A stretch of DNA of 64,000 bases, from positions 3,251 to 67,250 of the forward strand of contig JAFGIL010000039.1 of the NCBI GenBank assembly GCA_016929635.1. The letters are read 5' to 3'. Both the position numbers and the translations under genes were made by a program. Positions 42,001 through 48,000 of the stretch are shown here, one piece after another. A model generated the notes under the pieces. It searched no databases. It was not told the origin of the DNA and worked only from the letters and a program-made list of their open reading frames with translations. Position 1 is the first letter of the stretch. Each line of letters opens with the position of its first letter. Source of the DNA: Endomicrobiales bacterium (GTDB lineage: Bacteria > Elusimicrobiota > Endomicrobiia > Endomicrobiales > JAFGIL01).

Positions 42001-45000
42001 TTCTTGACTGGGAAAGCTGCCCCGGGTTTACTCTCAATTCTTTCAAGAGATATTCATCAAACAATCTTCTGTTTGATGACCCTTCAATGTTTATCGCCAT
42101 GTATTCGTCTGCTTCATGCTGTCCGTTTAATTTTGCAAATTGAAGGTTACGATGTTCTGTATCCATTCTTGTATCTTTATATCTCTTGTTCCATAGCTCC
42201 GGAGAACCGATATTTTTTAACCGATCAATAAACTCTGTATTCTCTAAAATCTCAACTCTTTGCTCTGAAACTTTTCTTGTAACAGTTGCAATGCCGCCAT
42301 TTTGCGCTGTGCCCATAAGATTTTCTGTTTCGCTGAATTTGACCTCAACTTCACTTATCGGGCATGCAGCTTCACCTTCAAACACTTCCATTGCGCCCTT
42401 TTGTAAAGCCTCTTCAAAAGAAGCCAATTCCGCTGTCGTATCTATTAGCCCATATTCCATAATCGCAATAGCCGCATTATATATGAATCCGCGGTGAGTT
42501 TTATCGTATTTAGACAAAGCTTCTGCAAACTCTTCAACTGTGCCGACATCTCTTCTAATGTCTCTTAACTCGTAAAACAGCTGCGGAGAGAATATATGTA
42601 AAAAATACAGTATATCTGTATCACCGGAAATAGAAAATGTAAACTCCGCTACTTTTAACGCCATATTCCATGCCAATGCTACTGGCTCTGCTTTTGGTGT
42701 TGAGGTACCGAGATCATTTTTTGATTCTTCTTTATCTAGTAATATCCCCAGAAGCTCTGAAGTCTCCCTTGGGCCGGAGACCCATGCACAATAAACTCCG
42801 GTTTTAAACACATCCCGTGCAGCGCTACCTCTGTGCATCGAACCATCAAAGTATATTGCACTCTTCCTGCTAAATCCATTATACCTGAGCGTTCTTAAAA
42901 TTGTATCTGCCTTATTAGTCAGGCTAATCTGAATATAATCATGCATCGGGGATATGAGGGGCATTGCATGATAAATTTCCACCATTGCAGACATTGCCAG
43001 TTCAAGCTCATCTTCTGATAAATCATAGTGCTGGAGCATCTCTTCTCTTTGAGAGGACATAAAGCTGCTGACTTCTTCGAGAAAATCATCAGGATCAGTT
43101 CCCGGACGCTCTCTTTCAAGTGCTTCCTGATTCAGATATATTCTGCCTTCATAACCCATTCTATCGTCTCTTCTAAAGAATTGCCCGTATTCTGATTCCA
43201 ATACTGCCTGAATTATATCCTGCTTAAGTGCCCCAAATAAAAACTCATTAGTATCCACCCGCATTATTGGTATAGTTCTTTCTTCTATCTCGCTTAACTC
43301 GCCCAATTGAGTGACCCTGTATACTTTTAAGCCTGATTCTGCATGCAAAGAAAACAATGAACGAAATTCTTCTTTATCTTTAATATATTTAATAAATTTA
43401 TCCAGATATACATATATATACGAGGCCCGAGGAGTATCTGTTTCAAATGCTGCTGTTGTTACTATCTCAACTTTTATCCCCTGTCTCATTAGTTCAAGCA
43501 TTAGTTCAAAGTTGGGATTATCCTTACGCATATACATAAATTCATAATCGTAACCACCCACCAAAGTCCCGTCCAAATCAAAAAATGCTACTTTAACACC
43601 TCTTGCTTTTGCCGCCGCAACATTTAAAAAGTTATAATTTCTTTGCCTTTCATCTTTTGATACTAAGCCTTCCCTTATCGATTTCACCCCCAATGCCATT
43701 GGATTAAAATGTTTATCAGTTCTACCGATTTTTATTAATTCACGATTGAGGGATATCAAATCTTTCAGCTCGGAATCATTCATATCGCTTCTTGGTTTAA
43801 ATGGAACCTGACGCAGGTAAAAAGCAATATTAAATACATACTCTTTTAAAGCATATGTTTCTGCATATTCGGAAAGTTTTTGGATTACTGCATTATCTAT
43901 ACGCTGGTCCTGGAAAATATTAATAAGCGCCATTACTTCATCCACGTTCCACGTCCCGGGGGTTGTTAGTAATATATTGAAAATTCCTTCATGTATTGCG
44001 TATCTTTCATTTACTGTTTTTAAAAAATCTAATACCTGCTGGCCATGTTTATCCTTAACCTGCCTCCACTTCTCTTCCAATTCAGTTTGCGATGTGCCAA
44101 AAACCTGTATCTCAATAATCCTCGCTAACTCCTCTTCTCCGATTTCCTCCGGATCAAAAATATCTAGTAAATCTTCAATAGATTTTCTTAATTCAGGCCC
44201 AAAAATTCTCGGCGACTCACCCCTGTTTAGTTTATATTTATAGTCAACGTATAAATTACGTATCTTAGTCTGTAATTCTACTTCTCCTAAAATATGTGCT
44301 AAAAATGCTAATCTTTTTAATGATTTAAGCCAATCCTCAACCGGTTTGTCTTTATTTGATAACTTGAAACCATTAGTATAGTTTCTTTTATAATGAGCTA
44401 TTACATTATTTATAATCTCATCTCTGCTCATCTGTTGAATTGACTCATTCAGGATAGTTAAATCCCCATAATAACCTGCAAATGGATCAATATACGGTTT
44501 TTTTGAAACCCCGATATCTATTGTTAGTTCTGGAATCCCCCTGCCTGACACGGTTACATTCGCACCTTTTTCCCCAATTGTTACTTCAAAACCAAATAAA
44601 CGCAATTGATTTGCAAACTCCTTTGCCAGCTCCACGCGTAATTCATTCATCAATACTTTAGTTAATTCGACATCTTCTAATCTTAAACAAATCCTTGTAT
44701 CAAGATCACTAATATAATCCCAATCAATCTGATCATCTGAATTTATATCAGTATATGCGCTCCCGAATACCTCAATAAAAAATCTTCCCTTGAAATTATA
44801 TCCTTCCAGCAACTTGTTAACGGATGTCTGCAATATTTCAACCACCCTTACATCCCCATCCTGAGATTCTTTAACCGGCAACATATAAGCTTCATTAATT
44901 GAGACTGTTTCGATATACCCTATTGGAGTGCCATCAAGGGAAGTCTCTATCCGTTTTGCCCTGACATGATATGTATCAACCGAACGGATAGCAGGCGGTG

Positions 45001-48000
45001 CTATATCAAGAAGTTCTTTTTTTGTGGCTTTAGGCCTTTCAATTCCCGGTAAAGCCGGAATATAAACAAAACCGGCATCGGGTGAATCATCATCAATAAT
45101 TCTGAAGTCTGCATCAATATGTGTGGAGATTGGATTAAAACAAGGTAGAATGACTAAATCCTGCTCAATACTTAAATCTGCAGGCACTTGCGCTAACTCA
45201 ACTAACACAGGAGGGCCTCTAACATCCTTGCTATCTTCTAACCATTTCAGCATATTTGCTTTTATATCATCACTAACAACGCCTGCAATCCAGTAAAATA
45301 AATCAGGATAATTATTATAAAGCGCTTCGTAGATTTCCGGATTATACGGATCATTCTCTACCATTTCTAAGAATTTTTTGACATCTCTGCCCCTCTCACC
45401 TTTTTTCATAAGAGATTCTGGTGTTATGCTTAAAACCATGCGGATCGGCTCTTCACCGGTGAGGATATTTTTAAGAAATCTTCTGCTTTTTGACGAGTCA
45501 CTATCAAAAAATAATCTTGTAAATTCCCTTTTCATCGTACGGTTGGAAGGGTCATTCAGCGTTTCTATAAATTTAATAACTTTGCCATATTTTAAGCCAT
45601 ACTCAGAGTGTTCGATTAATTCCTTTGCTGTATTTGTAGTACTTACAACATAGTTTTTTATTTCTATAAAATATAACTGGCCGTCCTTCCTTGCCACAAT
45701 ATCTATTTCCGCTGTAACCATAGATAATCCCAGGTATATTATTTCAAAACCGGCTCCTTCAAGGGCTTCTGCGTGTTTAAGCTCCCCCAATTCTCCGAAT
45801 ATACTTGTACTTCTTTCATAAACAACGCTCAACCCTGATTCTATCCTGAATATCTTATTTTCCATGCCAGGAACATTTACAAATTTTTCTATAAGGCTAA
45901 AACTTTCTTCGCTTAACACATCAGAATGATAGATATTTCTCGACGCCTTTAATAATTTCAGAATTAATGCATATTGTCTATTTTCAAGTATTTTCCTAAA
46001 CCAGTCAGCTTTCGCCATTTTTAACAAGAATAATAACAGTCTAACCGATGATGTTTTTTCCGGTATGTCTATTAATTTTTCCAACGTCTCCAGTTCTTCT
46101 ATATCTCCTGACAAAATAGCAGCAGCGAATCTTGCTTCTTGGTCTTTTTTAACTAATCCGCTTTCTCTTAATAGATCAAAAATCCGATCCAGGATTTCAT
46201 ATGCTGTTTCCAGTTTTGTAGATGATAGTTTTGTCCCATCCAAATTTTCTATTATTGATTTTTTATAAGGTCCTTCAGGTATAGCATGTAAATCCAAAAA
46301 TTCTCTCAATTTTTCTTCCATATTTGGATTAAGATTTCTTCGGAATATTATTCTACACTGCCTAACCTGCTCTTTAGAAAGTCCTAATTTATGTACAATT
46401 CTCATAAAATCTACGGTTTTCTGTTTAAAACTAGACAACAGAGCTTGACTTTTTTGTGCTTCAGAAAAGATTATAGGAGAATCTGATAGGCTGGATTCCC
46501 TCTCAATTAGCGTAATAAAACTTGATACTAAAGCCGCTCTTCTTTCAACTTCTGCAATGGTTTTTGAATTTTTCAAAATATATCCTATCTCCTCTTTATA
46601 TTTAACCTCAATTCCTAGCTCTGCTAATTTTTGTCTAATTTTATGTTCATTGCTTGTAGGCAATGTTGAAGCAACTTTCATCCACTTGGGGAGTTTGCCA
46701 ATTGAAACCAGATACAAATATAATGAATTCCATATAAAATGCGCTAATGTGCTTGCTATGTAAGATATTAAAGGCGAAAGCAGGGGTGATATTGGCAGGG
46801 TAATATACGAAACTAAAATATAAACTGAGGTAAATATAGTAGCAGGTATAAAAATCAATAAATCTCCAGCTGTTGGAGGTTCTTTCTCAACTATCCATCT
46901 GACAATTATATGTATTGCTGAAAAAACTATTATGCTTGCTGCCCAGGATATTAAATAACTGTATGCGTTCGCTCCCAATAAAGAGAAAATGCCTTGTATT
47001 ATTAAACCTCTGAGCAAATACTCTTCCCAGAAAGGCGCTGCCAGAATAGTTGCAATATGAGCTTTTGTGCCTTCCCCGAGCCATCTCTTTGCTATCGGGT
47101 CAACCACCGAACCGGGTTTGGAAGTGATACGAGCAATTAAATCAGCCAGCCTGCTGCCAGTCCCTGGAATGGAATCTGATATATCATCAAGACCGGTAGC
47201 CTGATATATGTCTGTCTTTTGTTCTGTTTCGGGATCAAACTGGTTTATGTCTCCGGTTTCGATGCTGTAAATAAAAGTTTCCGGGTTCTGGAGATCGCTG
47301 CAGGTAACCGTAATTAATATTGAATCATCCCCTTTTTCTTCCAGTCCTATATTTAAGCCTGAGCCCTTAAAAGTCACATCCAATATCTCCTGAACTTTTT
47401 CTATACCTCCTTTTTTGACTTCGGCCCCTAACTTTTTTACGTTCTCTAAAACCTCTTTATCAAGAATTGTTTTGGTATAGACCCTGCCCGCTAAAACCTT
47501 TTCTCCGGGAGATGACTCGTCGGTATGCATTAATCTTGTTAACGTTTCAAGCGCCAGCATGTCAACAGGTGCTGGCCCGGAGATATTAGACAAAATCCTG
47601 CTTTGCTGCTGAATCAAATCAGAATATACTGATTCGGCAAATGTTGTATCCTCCGTTACATTTGGAGTGATTACAATATATGGAACACCTTTTTCTTTAA
47701 ATATCCCCTTTAAACCTGATGTATGGAAACCACCGGTAATAAGCACAACCACATTCTCGTAATCAGTAACTGGTAATCGGTCATCAGTTTGTATTTGTTG
47801 ACTGATTACTGATGACTGATGACCGATTACTTTGCAGTTTGCAAACAGGCAGTCATTTCTTTTCAAGTTTACCGCATAGTAATCATTTAAAAGTTGCAAA
47901 TATGCTGAGATTCCGGAAAGTTTGCCGTTACCAACGTAACGCGTCCATAATAGCTCAAATTTTGCGAAGTTTTTATTTATATATTCATAATCTTCGGCTG

